The notes beneath the pieces were generated by a model that made no database searches, was not told the origin of the DNA, and saw only the letters and a program-made list of their open reading frames with translations. Shown here piece after piece: positions 1 to 8,453 of a stretch of DNA of 36,952 nt; positions within the stretch are counted from its first letter, which is position 1; every line of letters begins with the position of its first letter. The stretch lies in IMG/VR virus record IMGVR_UViG_3300032273_000075, positions 1 to 36,952 of that record; one strand, written 5' to 3'. The translations under genes and the position numbers were made by a program. The stretch comes from a virus. Lineage: Duplodnaviria; Caudoviricetes.

Positions 1-365
1 ATCTTACCTCGTTGAAAAAGGGTATCTTACACGATGCGATGCGCGAACTGAAAAAAAATAGCAAAAAAATGCTGATAAATGAATGACTTTCCAACAAATA
101 AAATAATCATTTAACAACAAATGCTAGTTACATTTCAGTCATTAACATGTTTTACTCCGTCACTAGCTTGTCGATTAAAATCAAGATCATAAGGTGATGA
201 TAATAGTTGATCATTACTCAGTATTGTATTACAAAGTTGATTCTCAGCGAGCGACTCATAGAGCAAATTCTGAAGTAAACATCTTAGTGGTTAGAAAGTT
301 ATAATTTAACCCGTTATATCTCCAACTTTCTGCCTAGATCCTGTTCATTTCAATGCTTGCTGAAC

Positions 366-394
366 TTTCCACCTTGAATGATAAAGGGTATAAT
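366..394 (+). promoter_or_regulatory. putative sigma70 promoter of smpB
   Basis: TTTCCA (366-371), 17 nt spacer, TATAAT (389-394); ATG follows 7 nt later. Confidence 0.5.
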
Positions 395-401
395 GCAGGT
401 T

Positions 402-887
402 ATGGCTAAAAAAAACTCAAAACCAAAAAATAACGACAATACGATTGCACGTAACAAACGTGCTTCTCATGAATACCACTTAGAGGAACGCTTTGAAGCG
501 GGAATTGAGTTACAAGGTTGGGAAGTGAAATCTTTACGCGCAGGTAAAGCAAATATTGCAGATAGTTATATCTTCTTAAAAAATGGAGAGGCTTTCCTAC
601 TTAATGCAACATTTCCACCATTGCTCGCCGCATCATCGCACGTAGTTTGTGATCCTTTACGTTATCGTAAATTATTACTAAAACGCCGTGAGCTTGATAA
701 CTTAGTCGGTAAAGTAGAACGTCAGGGGTACTCCATTATTCCTATTTCACTCTATTGGAAACATGCGTGGGTAAAAATCTCGTTTGCTTTAGCAAAAGGT
801 AAACAAGATCACGACAAACGTAGTGATGTTAAAGATCGTGAGTGGCAAGTTCAAAAAGAACGTATGATGAAGCATAGCGTTCGATAA
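402..887 (+). CDS. smpB: SsrA-binding protein SmpB
   Basis: Motifs [45 protein letters not shown]; directly upstream of tmRNA. ATG 402 (MAKKNSK) preferred over track start 378. Confidence 0.98.
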   Translation: MAKKNSKPKNNDNTIARNKRASHEYHLEERFEAGIELQGWEVKSLRAGKANIADSYIFLKNGEAFLLNATFPPLLAASSHVVCDPLRYRKLLLKRRELDNLVGKVERQGYSIIPISLYWKHAWVKISFALAKGKQDHDKRSDVKDREWQVQKERMMKHSVR

Positions 888-982
888 TTAAGCAGTTAGC
901 AAACAACATGCAAGATAATGCTATCTTGCATCACTTAGCTTTGTTAAACTTAACTTGTTGGTGATTTATCACTAACCACTGT

Positions 983-1336
983 GGGGATGATTTAGGACTC
1001 GACGAGATTCTTGAAACCCAAGGTGCATGCCGAGGTGGCGGTTGGCCTCGTAAAAAGCCGCCAACGTTATAGTTGCAAACGACTCTAACTACTCTCTAGC
1101 AGCTTAGGCTAGCTAGCCTTCCACCCGCGCTTTTCCAATGGGTAGGGATTCGGAAGGTCATTTACATCGGATAGCGAGGGAACCTTGTTCGAGGGTGAAC
1201 CGCGAAATAGTATCGGACTCGCTTTTTAATATCCTGTCAGTTGGAGATTAACGAGTTAACCAAATAACTGACTAAGCATGTAGTACCGAGGATGTAGGTT
1301 TTTCGGACGGGGGTTCGACTCCCCCCATCTCCACCA
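983..1336 (+). ncRNA. ssrA: tmRNA
   Basis: 5' GGGGATG pairs with 3' CATCTCC-ACCA including the G3-U alanine determinant; T-arm GGGGGTTCGACTCCCCC; tag ORF 1075-1107 encodes ANDSNYSLAA-stop. Confidence 0.98.
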
Positions 1337-1340
1337 CATT

Positions 1341-1378
1341 AAAGGCTCTGTAATCAATAGGTTACAGAGCCTTTTTCT
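1341..1378. terminator. bidirectional intrinsic terminator between ssrA and integrase
   Basis: AAAGGCTCTGTAA-loop-TTACAGAGCCTTTTT. Confidence 0.85.
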
Positions 1379-1384
1379 TTTCTA

Positions 1385-1403
1385 TGTCCATATTTTGTCC
1401 ATA
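1385..1403. repeat. putative integrase arm-type binding sites at attL
   Basis: Direct repeat TGTCCATA at 1385 and 1396; reverse complement TATGGACA resembles the P2 Int arm site TGTGGACA. Confidence 0.55.
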
Positions 1404-1409
1404 GAGTTT

Positions 1410-2402
1410 TTAGAGGTTATCTTTTTCTATCGTTGAAAGCGGGTTTAATCTGATCGCATCTTCTAAATGCGTTGGGGAGAAGTGAGCATATTTCATAGTG
1501 TCGGTAATACTGGCGTGACCTAGTATTTGTTGCAGCACTAATATGTTTCCACCGTTCATCATAAAGTGACTGGCAAAAGTGTGGCGTAATACGTGGGTAG
1601 ATTGTCCCTTAGGTAATATGACTCCTGCGCGCTCTATCGCCATTTTAAACGACTTAATACAGTTGCTAAATATACGGCCACTGTTACGGGGTAATTCATT
1701 GTAAAGTGCTTCGCTGATTGGCACTGCACGTCTTTTATTGCCTTTGGTGTGAATAAAGGTGATACGGTAGGGCGTTAATTGTGTGCCTGTTAGTAATTCA
1801 GCCTCACCCCAACGGCAACCCGTAGATATACATATTTTAGAAATTAAGTAAGCATCGTAATTCCTACCCTGTTTTAATTCTTCAAATACTGCTTCAATAT
1901 CTTCAGGCGTTAAAAAGCCCATTTCAGGTTGTTTGTATTTTAATGCGCGTAATTCTGTTAATGGGTTGCCGTGCGGCCATTCACCCAAGCGTTTTAATTC
2001 ATTGAATAGGGCGTTCAAATAAGTTTGATCATTATTAGCGGTTTTGATTGATACGTTTTGAATGCGTAACTGACGATATTTTGAAAAGTCACTAGCAGTG
2101 ATATTTTTAGCAATAGGGTTACGCATCATTAATGACATGGCTAATAATTTATTCTTACGCTTTTTACCATCGTTTAATGCTTGGCCGTGTAAGTTAAACC
2201 ATAATTCGATTAATTCATCCAATCGACGATTATCAGGTTTTTCTGGCATCCACGATTTATCATTCGCTTGAGCGAGTGTATGCTGTAAAAAGCGTTTTGC
2301 TTCACTTTGCGTATCGAAGCGTTTGCGAATGCGAGAGCCTTTTGCTCCATGTGGACGGCAATCAACTAAGTAGGTGCCGTTAGACTGTTTTTTTACTGAC
2401 AT
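1410..2402 (-). CDS. int: phage integrase, tyrosine recombinase of P2/186 type
   Basis: Catalytic residues in TGCRWGE, TKGNK, HVLRHTFASHF, LGHASI, MKYAH. Confidence 0.97.
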   Translation of the reverse strand: MSVKKQSNGTYLVDCRPHGAKGSRIRKRFDTQSEAKRFLQHTLAQANDKSWMPEKPDNRRLDELIELWFNLHGQALNDGKKRKNKLLAMSLMMRNPIAKNITASDFSKYRQLRIQNVSIKTANNDQTYLNALFNELKRLGEWPHGNPLTELRALKYKQPEMGFLTPEDIEAVFEELKQGRNYDAYLISKICISTGCRWGEAELLTGTQLTPYRITFIHTKGNKRRAVPISEALYNELPRNSGRIFSNCIKSFKMAIERAGVILPKGQSTHVLRHTFASHFMMNGGNILVLQQILGHASITDTMKYAHFSPTHLEDAIRLNPLSTIEKDNL

Positions 2403-2483
2403 ACATTATCACTTAGCTAATCGCATGTTTAGTTTAAATAATCCTCAAAAAATAAAAATCAACCTAGTCTTTCCTGAGCTTCA

Positions 2484-3443
2484 TTATCTTATGCGCAGAG
2501 CATCTTCTGCAGCTCTTGTTTTCGATGTGATATATTGATTTAATTGTAGGTACTTATTACTTAAGGTAACTCTAGATGTAGAAGGGAGCTCATCTTGGAT
2601 TGGTAGTTCGGCATAAGCAGATAATAAAATGATTAGTTGTTTTGTTGTTTTAATCGCATCAAGCCAATCTAATGTGGCAACTATTATATTATTCTCTTTA
2701 AGTATTACTGCATTCCCATTATATGAAAGAATTTTGGTTTCATTGCCTAAAAAACATTTCATATTTTGCAGTATGCTTAAAGTGTTGTCGATTACCTTCC
2801 CTGTTCCGATACCTAGTTCTTCATTTGCCTTAACTAATTTAGATTTATACAGCTCTATTTCTTCCTTTTCTTTTGATGCTAAAGCTTCAGAGTGAAGTTG
2901 GTGCATGTGATTTACATCTAACAACAAATCTAAATTTTTATTTAAGAGGTCACATAAATAAGTATAATTTTTGATGGCGCTATTGATAAACTCATTATTT
3001 CCAATTGCGTCAAATGACGCTTTGTTGTTATCTGAAAAAAGTCTTTCATAAATGCCATTATCTTTTGAGAATGTAACGTTATGCTTTTTCTCAAAGTCCT
3101 CTAATAATTGCAGAAAGGCTTTTTTATGAGTTATATAATTAGTGTATGTGTTATTTGTCAATGTCACTTCTATTTGTTTAGCTGTTTGATTACTTCTGAA
3201 TAATAAAGCCCTAAAACCTGCTATTGTAACTGTTATGGTCGCTAATCCTAGAGGAAACTTCATGTTGAGTATAAGGCTCTCTAAGCAGTGAGGAAGGAAA
3301 AATGCTTCACATCGGGTGTAATTAGGGCTGTTTCCCATTTGAATACTTATTAGTATTGCCGATGTTAGAGCAAGGGCTAGACCAATTATCCAAATAGATT
3401 TAAACCATGGGCACTGTGATAATGTTTCTTGTTTTGCCATCAT
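2484..3443 (-). CDS. accessory 2-TM membrane protein with cytoplasmic C-terminal domain
   Basis: Two N-terminal hydrophobic helices, then RSNQTAKQI..NNTYTNYITHKKAF; AT-rich. Confidence 0.7.
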   Translation of the reverse strand: MMAKQETLSQCPWFKSIWIIGLALALTSAILISIQMGNSPNYTRCEAFFLPHCLESLILNMKFPLGLATITVTIAGFRALLFRSNQTAKQIEVTLTNNTYTNYITHKKAFLQLLEDFEKKHNVTFSKDNGIYERLFSDNNKASFDAIGNNEFINSAIKNYTYLCDLLNKNLDLLLDVNHMHQLHSEALASKEKEEIELYKSKLVKANEELGIGTGKVIDNTLSILQNMKCFLGNETKILSYNGNAVILKENNIIVATLDWLDAIKTTKQLIILLSAYAELPIQDELPSTSRVTLSNKYLQLNQYITSKTRAAEDALRIR

Positions 3444-3461
3444 ACTTCTCTATTTTAATTA

Positions 3462-4010
3462 TTATTTGGGGTCATTTTGCGAATTTAAGATTTTGGACAT
3501 ATCTTGTAATTTTTTTATAAATACATCCCAGTTGTAACCTGCAATACTTCCTATTGCAGTAAAGCCTAGAGCAGAATTTGTTGATAAAGTACCTTCAGGA
3601 GAGCTTCCATTTAAGATCAGTAAACCACCTTGAACAAGCGAGAAAATTAAAATTCCAACAATTATAGATAAAATAGGTGTGAAGAAAAATCCCCAGAAAT
3701 GTTTTATGTCAAAACTATTATCAATAGAAAAATATTTATGGAAAGATATTATATTTAAAACTGCCCCTCCTAATACTGAACCAATAATTGTGAAAAATAG
3801 AAGGGCTAGTGAATCATCAAAACCTACCTCGTTTTTAACGCCCCACAAGTAATGTATTGAAGAGAAATTACTTGTAAGACCATCAATAAGCAACCATGCC
3901 GCCACTAGGCTATGCACAATAATATATAATGAAAATACGCTTACTAGGAAATAAAAAAGCTTACCTCCTGTTAGGTTGATGTTGTTATCTAGCATTTTTA
4001 AACCTTGCAA
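3462..4010 (-). CDS. accessory multi-pass (about 4 TM) membrane protein
   Basis: Hydrophobic segments with GSVLGG, FDIKHFWGFFFTP and AIGSIAGYNW motifs. Confidence 0.7.
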   Translation of the reverse strand: MQGLKMLDNNINLTGGKLFYFLVSVFSLYIIVHSLVAAWLLIDGLTSNFSSIHYLWGVKNEVGFDDSLALLFFTIIGSVLGGAVLNIISFHKYFSIDNSFDIKHFWGFFFTPILSIIVGILIFSLVQGGLLILNGSSPEGTLSTNSALGFTAIGSIAGYNWDVFIKKLQDMSKILNSQNDPK

Positions 4011-4040
4011 AAGTGAAATATATATTTGTTTTTGGGCAAT

Positions 4041-4060
4041 AAAAAAGCACCAAAGGTGCT
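4041..4060 (-). terminator. intrinsic terminator after the 439-aa gene
   Basis: Minus strand AGCACC-TTT-GGTGCTTTTTT. Confidence 0.6.
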
Positions 4061-4069
4061 CTTTATTGA

Positions 4070-5389
4070 TTATGAGATTACTGAATCATCAACACCTTCT
4101 GATAGTTGGTCGTATTCTCGTCGATATTCTTTTAACACCGTTACCCAATGAGCTAAACTACTTGCTCGTCGGTTAATGCTAGTGCGGCGAAGGCCTTTTA
4201 CACACTCTCTAATGAATTGTTCTGCTGATTTTGGATCTAAGTCGCCAATGCTCGATACTCCCGCCCATTTCATCCAAGCCCACCCAAAGTCACTCGATTC
4301 AACTCTATCGGCAAGAAATTGATATTGTGCTTTTTGGCTACTTTTTTGTGCTAATAACCTACCTGGTGAGGTAACTGTATTATTACTGTTAAGCAAACCT
4401 AAACAACGCGCCGCGTGAGTATGGTAAAGAACTTGCCGCTTGTTGTTTATTCCATTAATAAATTCATGTTTCAACTCTCCACCATTAACCCTATGTTTAA
4501 CAATATCAATAACACGATCAAGACAGTTAGCTTGAGGAACTTTAGTCGAGTCGATTATGGTTGTTGTACTTTGTTCAAGTTTTTGAATAATTGGTAACAG
4601 GTTAGTGGAATTAATTTTAATCGGTTTATTTAGAACATTTGAAATTTTGGATTTCAGAGTTAATTCTAGTTTATCCATGTTAACAATATCCAATAGGTCT
4701 TTTAGCCTATATGGGTCCATTCCATACTCATCAAGTTTTTCTTCAAGGGTGTCCTTGTCAGCTAAAATTGAGTCGAGAAGTTCAATGGCAACTGCTGCTC
4801 GCTCTTGGCTACTTGCACCAAGTTTTACATCAAATGAGCCATAAACTGCAATTAAAGGAGTAACGGATGGTTTTTTGTTATTCTCATCTTTCATTAATAA
4901 TTTTACAATGTCACCAAATGCATCAATAACCTTTGTTACAACGCCATCTGCAGGCGACCCTTTGCCACTTTGTTTGGCTATACGTAAATTAAAATCCCAG
5001 CAGGACTCAGGGGCAATGGACTGAATTTCTTCTGGGTCAATAGAAAAATTTAAGGGTGGTAAATTGACAGCATCACGATTTTCATCAGTTAGGGGCTCAA
5101 GTACTGTTTTTTCATTATGATGGGTAGATATAATCATTAATCTTTTTGAATCAATAAAAGCTTGGTTGAAGGTGAACTCTTCTCTTAGCAACTCATCCAA
5201 TATTTTTTGTGATACTGGCATGTAGACCCATTTGGTCGAAGCGCCTTTGTCATAGTCACCACTCCAATAGACAAGATAAAGCTGCTGTAAATCGTCTTGC
5301 ACAGAGAAGCATTTAGGGCCCATAAAGTCATCGTATATTTCAAAGAATCTCAACCGCCCAAGAACTGTATCGTTTGGCAATATATTCAT
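4070..5389 (-). CDS. DUF6575-like N-terminal domain fused to a putative C-terminal winged-helix DNA-binding domain
   Basis: N-term LPNDTVLGRLRFFEIYDDFMGPKCFSV..LYLVYW..WVYMPVS; C-term PQAN..RQVLYHTHAARCLGLL..RRASSLAHW; family recognised from memory. Confidence 0.6.
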   Translation of the reverse strand: MNILPNDTVLGRLRFFEIYDDFMGPKCFSVQDDLQQLYLVYWSGDYDKGASTKWVYMPVSQKILDELLREEFTFNQAFIDSKRLMIISTHHNEKTVLEPLTDENRDAVNLPPLNFSIDPEEIQSIAPESCWDFNLRIAKQSGKGSPADGVVTKVIDAFGDIVKLLMKDENNKKPSVTPLIAVYGSFDVKLGASSQERAAVAIELLDSILADKDTLEEKLDEYGMDPYRLKDLLDIVNMDKLELTLKSKISNVLNKPIKINSTNLLPIIQKLEQSTTTIIDSTKVPQANCLDRVIDIVKHRVNGGELKHEFINGINNKRQVLYHTHAARCLGLLNSNNTVTSPGRLLAQKSSQKAQYQFLADRVESSDFGWAWMKWAGVSSIGDLDPKSAEQFIRECVKGLRRTSINRRASSLAHWVTVLKEYRREYDQLSEGVDDSVIS

Positions 5390-5802
5390 GACTCTTGCAC
5401 CTTATCCTTAACATGTTTATGAGGTTCTGCACCTTCCTGAATCCACAAGGTAATGTGACCATTTTGTTCTGATTCAGCAGGAATTACTCCGAGGCTAGGG
5501 CACAAATTACCACAAACAGTTTCCCAATGCGCGAATTGTTCAGGCGCAGGATAATTTTTTTCAACTCTTTTTATTTTTGATAATTTACTCCAAAAAGAAA
5601 TTCCGTATGAGTATGGTATGAGTTTTTGAGAGTAAGGGTAATTTTGCTTTTCGTCTCTGTGTCTTTGAAAGTCTATTTTTTTGGGAGGGATTGTTCTTAC
5701 TAAACGGTAGACTTTTCCTTTTGCTGGAATTACGCCAATTTTTTCTGGAATGCCTTCAGGGAAATCTATTGGCCAATTATAATTTAAGTGTTCATCGCTC
5801 AT
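5386..5802 (-). CDS. small putative ADP-ribosyltransferase/RES-like fold protein
   Basis: VYR (R33), DF, GISFW (S69), GHITLW (H116); 4-nt ATGA overlap with the downstream gene. Confidence 0.5.
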   Translation of the reverse strand: MSDEHLNYNWPIDFPEGIPEKIGVIPAKGKVYRLVRTIPPKKIDFQRHRDEKQNYPYSQKLIPYSYGISFWSKLSKIKRVEKNYPAPEQFAHWETVCGNLCPSLGVIPAESEQNGHITLWIQEGAEPHKHVKDKVQES

Positions 5803-5852
5803 TTTTTTCTTCTTTAAATTACTTCTAAGCAGAAGTTTCTATTTGAAAAATG

Positions 5853-5877
5853 AAAAAGCCACCTTGATTGGTGACTT
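5853..5877 (-). terminator. putative terminator after cI
   Basis: Minus strand AAGTCACC-AATCAA-GGTGGCTTTTT. Confidence 0.55.
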
Positions 5878-5894
5878 CAAAAATAATTAATTGT

Positions 5895-6602
5895 TTACAT
5901 TCTCTGACCAGACCAAACAACTTCGCCAATGATTTCGAAATCTTCGGTTTTTAGTTCAGCCCGTGATAATTCCCAAGATGGGTAAGTAGTGGCGTTGTCA
6001 CTAACAACATTTAAACCACGTTTAGTAAATTGCAAGCGTTTAACCATCAGCTGTCCATCGAAACGAAACACGTAAATGCCATCCCCTGAAAACTCTGATA
6101 TTTGATTGACCATTACTAGCGCTTGATTCTTTAGCGTCGGCACCATGCTGTCGCCTTTAACGGGCATTAAAAATATATTTTTTGGTTTTAGCCCTAATTC
6201 TTTAGTGATGAATTTATTGCTAAAGCAAATGCTATCGTCTTTTTCTTCTTGGATGACTAACGCGCCGTGACCTGCGCTGACTTCTACATCATAAAAATCT
6301 AGCTCTACATATTTGGGTGTCGGTGAAAATTCAATGGGGGAAGGGTCGGTGCGTTTAAATGACTCTTCAGCCAAAGTGTAATTTTTAAAAAAAGAAGGGG
6401 TGTCTTGACCAGTTAACAGCCAATCAGGCGTGCAATCTAAAACTTTAGCTATCGAAATTAAGCTTTCTCCGCGCGGTTGATTTACATCTTTTTCCCACTG
6501 AGTGACGGATGCGGGGGATACCCCAGATGCCTTTGCTACAAAGGCCTGAGTAAGCTTTTTTGCTTTTCTAGTGTCGCGAAGTCTATCGCCTAAAGTTTTC
6601 AT
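5895..6602 (-). CDS. cI: CI-like repressor, XRE HTH plus S24 autopeptidase
   Basis: HTH LTQAFVAKASGVSPASVTQWE; Ala-Gly cleavage site SAGHG; catalytic GDSM and VKRL. Confidence 0.95.
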   Translation of the reverse strand: MKTLGDRLRDTRKAKKLTQAFVAKASGVSPASVTQWEKDVNQPRGESLISIAKVLDCTPDWLLTGQDTPSFFKNYTLAEESFKRTDPSPIEFSPTPKYVELDFYDVEVSAGHGALVIQEEKDDSICFSNKFITKELGLKPKNIFLMPVKGDSMVPTLKNQALVMVNQISEFSGDGIYVFRFDGQLMVKRLQFTKRGLNVVSDNATTYPSWELSRAELKTEDFEIIGEVVWSGQRM

Positions 6603-6603
6603 G

Positions 6604-6730
6604 TTAGCAATCTTACATTTATAAAAGAATACATTCCTAACAAAATATAATTTAGCTAACTAAACTTTATTGTTGATATTTAGTTTTATAAATAATATAG
6701 TTATCTAAATTAATAAAGTTAGCTTACTAA
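6604..6730. promoter_or_regulatory. operator array (TTAG-N4-CTAA) and divergent promoters of the cI/cro switch
   Basis: Perfect sites at 6652-6663 and 6719-6730; one-mismatch sites at 6604-6615, 6680-6691, 6697-6708; rightward promoter TTGATA (6673) -17- TATAGT (6696). Confidence 0.7.
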
Positions 6731-6751
6731 ATTTATAGGTGGCAATAAAAT

Positions 6752-6937
6752 ATGAACAAAAAAGATGTAATAAAACATTTCGGTGGAGCAAACAAAGTAG
6801 CTCAAGCTCTTGGGATTCTTAACTCTGCCGTTTCTCAATGGGGCGATGAAATCCCAATGCGTCGTGCCTTTGAAATTGAACGCATTACCAACGGCAAACT
6901 TAAAGCCGATTTTAAACAGGCGGCAACCGCTCAATAA
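6752..6937 (+). CDS. cro: Cro/YdaS-like regulator
   Basis: 61 aa, VIKHFGGANKVAQALGILNSAVSQWG..IP..RAFEIERITNG; divergent from cI. Confidence 0.9.
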   Translation: MNKKDVIKHFGGANKVAQALGILNSAVSQWGDEIPMRRAFEIERITNGKLKADFKQAATAQ

Positions 6938-7017
6938 ACAGTTGCCTATTGCACTTACTCGGTGTCAGCCAGTGAAAGCGCAATTATTTTTAACCAGTAA
7001 CGAACGAGGACAGCATC

Positions 7018-7227
7018 ATGAGTATGACCATCGCCCTTGATGTACCACTTTTAACCATACCTGAATATGCACGACGTTCAGGCGCGACAATTAACGTTGT
7101 CCGTAAGCAGTGTGAAAACGGTCAGCTGCCTTTTATTCAAAATGGTACTGGCGGCACTCGCTATATCAACATGGTGCAACTCACACAGCGCTGTATGGAT
7201 GCTAATGCTGATAAAGCATGGAATTAG
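7018..7227 (+). CDS. Cox/Apl-like regulator and excisionase
   Basis: VPLLTIPEYARRSG..VRKQCENGQLP..RYINMVQL resembles the P2 Cox/186 Apl family. Confidence 0.75.
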   Translation: MSMTIALDVPLLTIPEYARRSGATINVVRKQCENGQLPFIQNGTGGTRYINMVQLTQRCMDANADKAWN

Positions 7228-7267
7228 TAAACGCACTTCGTCAGTTAACTTAAGGGGATTATGCAGA

Positions 7268-7807
7268 ATGGAGTCATTAAATAATACGGGCACTTTTCGT
7301 GAAGCTGCACAACAAGCATTAAACAATGCTTACTGCGCATTCGCAGAAAAAGAAAACATGTTGCAACTGTCAGCCAAGACAGGAATTGGCAAGTCAGTAT
7401 TGCGTAATAAATTAAACCCAAGCCAAGTACACCGGTTAGCGGTTGATGAATTGGTACTTATCACTAAAGAGAGCGGTAACTACACAATCATTAACAGCGT
7501 ATTGCGTCAACTTGATTTGGTTGCAGTGAATGTCGATGTCAATAACGAAGATGCAACGCTTGTTCGTTACGCACTTGAGAATAGCAAAACGGCTGGCTTG
7601 ATTGCCGAATTAACACTTGAAAATGGCGGTGAAAAACGTTTGCCACGTCGTAAAGCTCAACAGCTTTTAGATGCGTGTAATGCAGGCATTGCAAATTTAG
7701 TGCTGTTAGCGAATGACCTAGAAAACCGCACCAGTGGCGTTACACCTTTTTTATCATTGGCCACGGATTTTGTGATCACCAATGGCGCACCAGGTTTAGT
7801 GGGATAA
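7268..7807 (+). CDS. cII: phage regulatory protein CII (186/K139 type)
   Basis: LRNKLNPSQVHRL motif; ATG 7268 with SD TAAGGGG preferred over track start 7067. Confidence 0.85.
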   Translation: MESLNNTGTFREAAQQALNNAYCAFAEKENMLQLSAKTGIGKSVLRNKLNPSQVHRLAVDELVLITKESGNYTIINSVLRQLDLVAVNVDVNNEDATLVRYALENSKTAGLIAELTLENGGEKRLPRRKAQQLLDACNAGIANLVLLANDLENRTSGVTPFLSLATDFVITNGAPGLVG

Positions 7808-7816
7808 GGGGGATTT

Positions 7817-8026
7817 ATGAGTGGAGCAATTGAAGTAGCGCAACGTGCAGAAGCAGAAATAGAAGAGTTATTGACAGATATGTTTGAAGGAAAGCATGAA
7901 GACAACGAAATATCTTTAGGCTTTTTGACTTGCATGAATGGTGAGGTGGTTCAGGTGCAATTGAAAGTGACAAGTAATCCAGGTGATTTTTTAGATGGGG
8001 ATGGGCCTGATTATGATTTCGAGTAA
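7817..8026 (+). CDS. hypothetical acidic early protein
   Basis: SD AAGGGGG; lies in the early operon. Confidence 0.6.
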   Translation: MSGAIEVAQRAEAEIEELLTDMFEGKHEDNEISLGFLTCMNGEVVQVQLKVTSNPGDFLDGDGPDYDFE

Positions 8027-8225
8027 AGAAGTGAAAGCTAGAGCCAATGAAATTGATGCCGCTTTAGACGTTTTATGTATTACCGCTCGACGCGATGAAA
8101 TGTTAACCACTGCTGAAATAGCAGAAGTGTGTGGGTGTAGTAAATCTTATATTTCAGAAACGATTAGAAGTGGGATTAAGAAATTGCAGGGTAGTAAAGG
8201 TTTGTTACTAAGGGATTTTGTTTAA
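8013..8225 (+). CDS. small HTH protein, sigma70 region-4-like
   Basis: LTTAEIAEVCGCSKSYISETIRSGIKKL; start probably ATG 8013. Confidence 0.6.
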   Translation: MISSKEVKARANEIDAALDVLCITARRDEMLTTAEIAEVCGCSKSYISETIRSGIKKLQGSKGLLLRDFV

Positions 8226-8296
8226 GAGAGTGTGATAACCAAAGCGCCAACTTTGATTATCACTTACATAAAAACCAATATAAGTAGGAATTAATT

Positions 8297-8452
8297 ATGT
8301 CGAAAGAATATAACACAGCTTTAAAACTTGGCGCAACTGCGCCGTTTACCACCATCATGGCATTACCTGTGAATGAACGTGCATCGTTTGTTGAAGCCAT
8401 TACGCCAGCATTATCCACCGCATTTAAAAATGCAGCTTTGAAAGGAGCTTAA
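8297..8452 (+). CDS. small 51-aa hypothetical protein not in the ORF track
   Basis: ATG 8297 to TAA 8452, MSKEYNTALKLGATAPF..LKGA; SD TAGGA upstream; contains the SD of the next gene. Confidence 0.55.
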   Translation: MSKEYNTALKLGATAPFTTIMALPVNERASFVEAITPALSTAFKNAALKGA

Positions 8453-8453
8453 T

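Noticed and set aside
1-12. Minus-strand SD (GAGGTAAG) followed by AT at the window edge, possibly the start of the divergent gene usually next to smpB (ratA)
   Set aside because: The coding sequence lies outside the window and cannot be supported
908-931. Hairpin ATGCAAGATA-ATGC-TATCTTGCAT after smpB as a novel element
   Set aside because: Most simply a terminator or processing stem between smpB and ssrA; nothing further supports it
2484-3443. Retron system, suggested by the effector-like membrane protein
   Set aside because: No reverse transcriptase or msr/msd found in the window
7067-7267. Long N-terminal extension of CII in the ORF track
   Set aside because: Overlaps the Cox/Apl gene; a better SD and start exist at 7268
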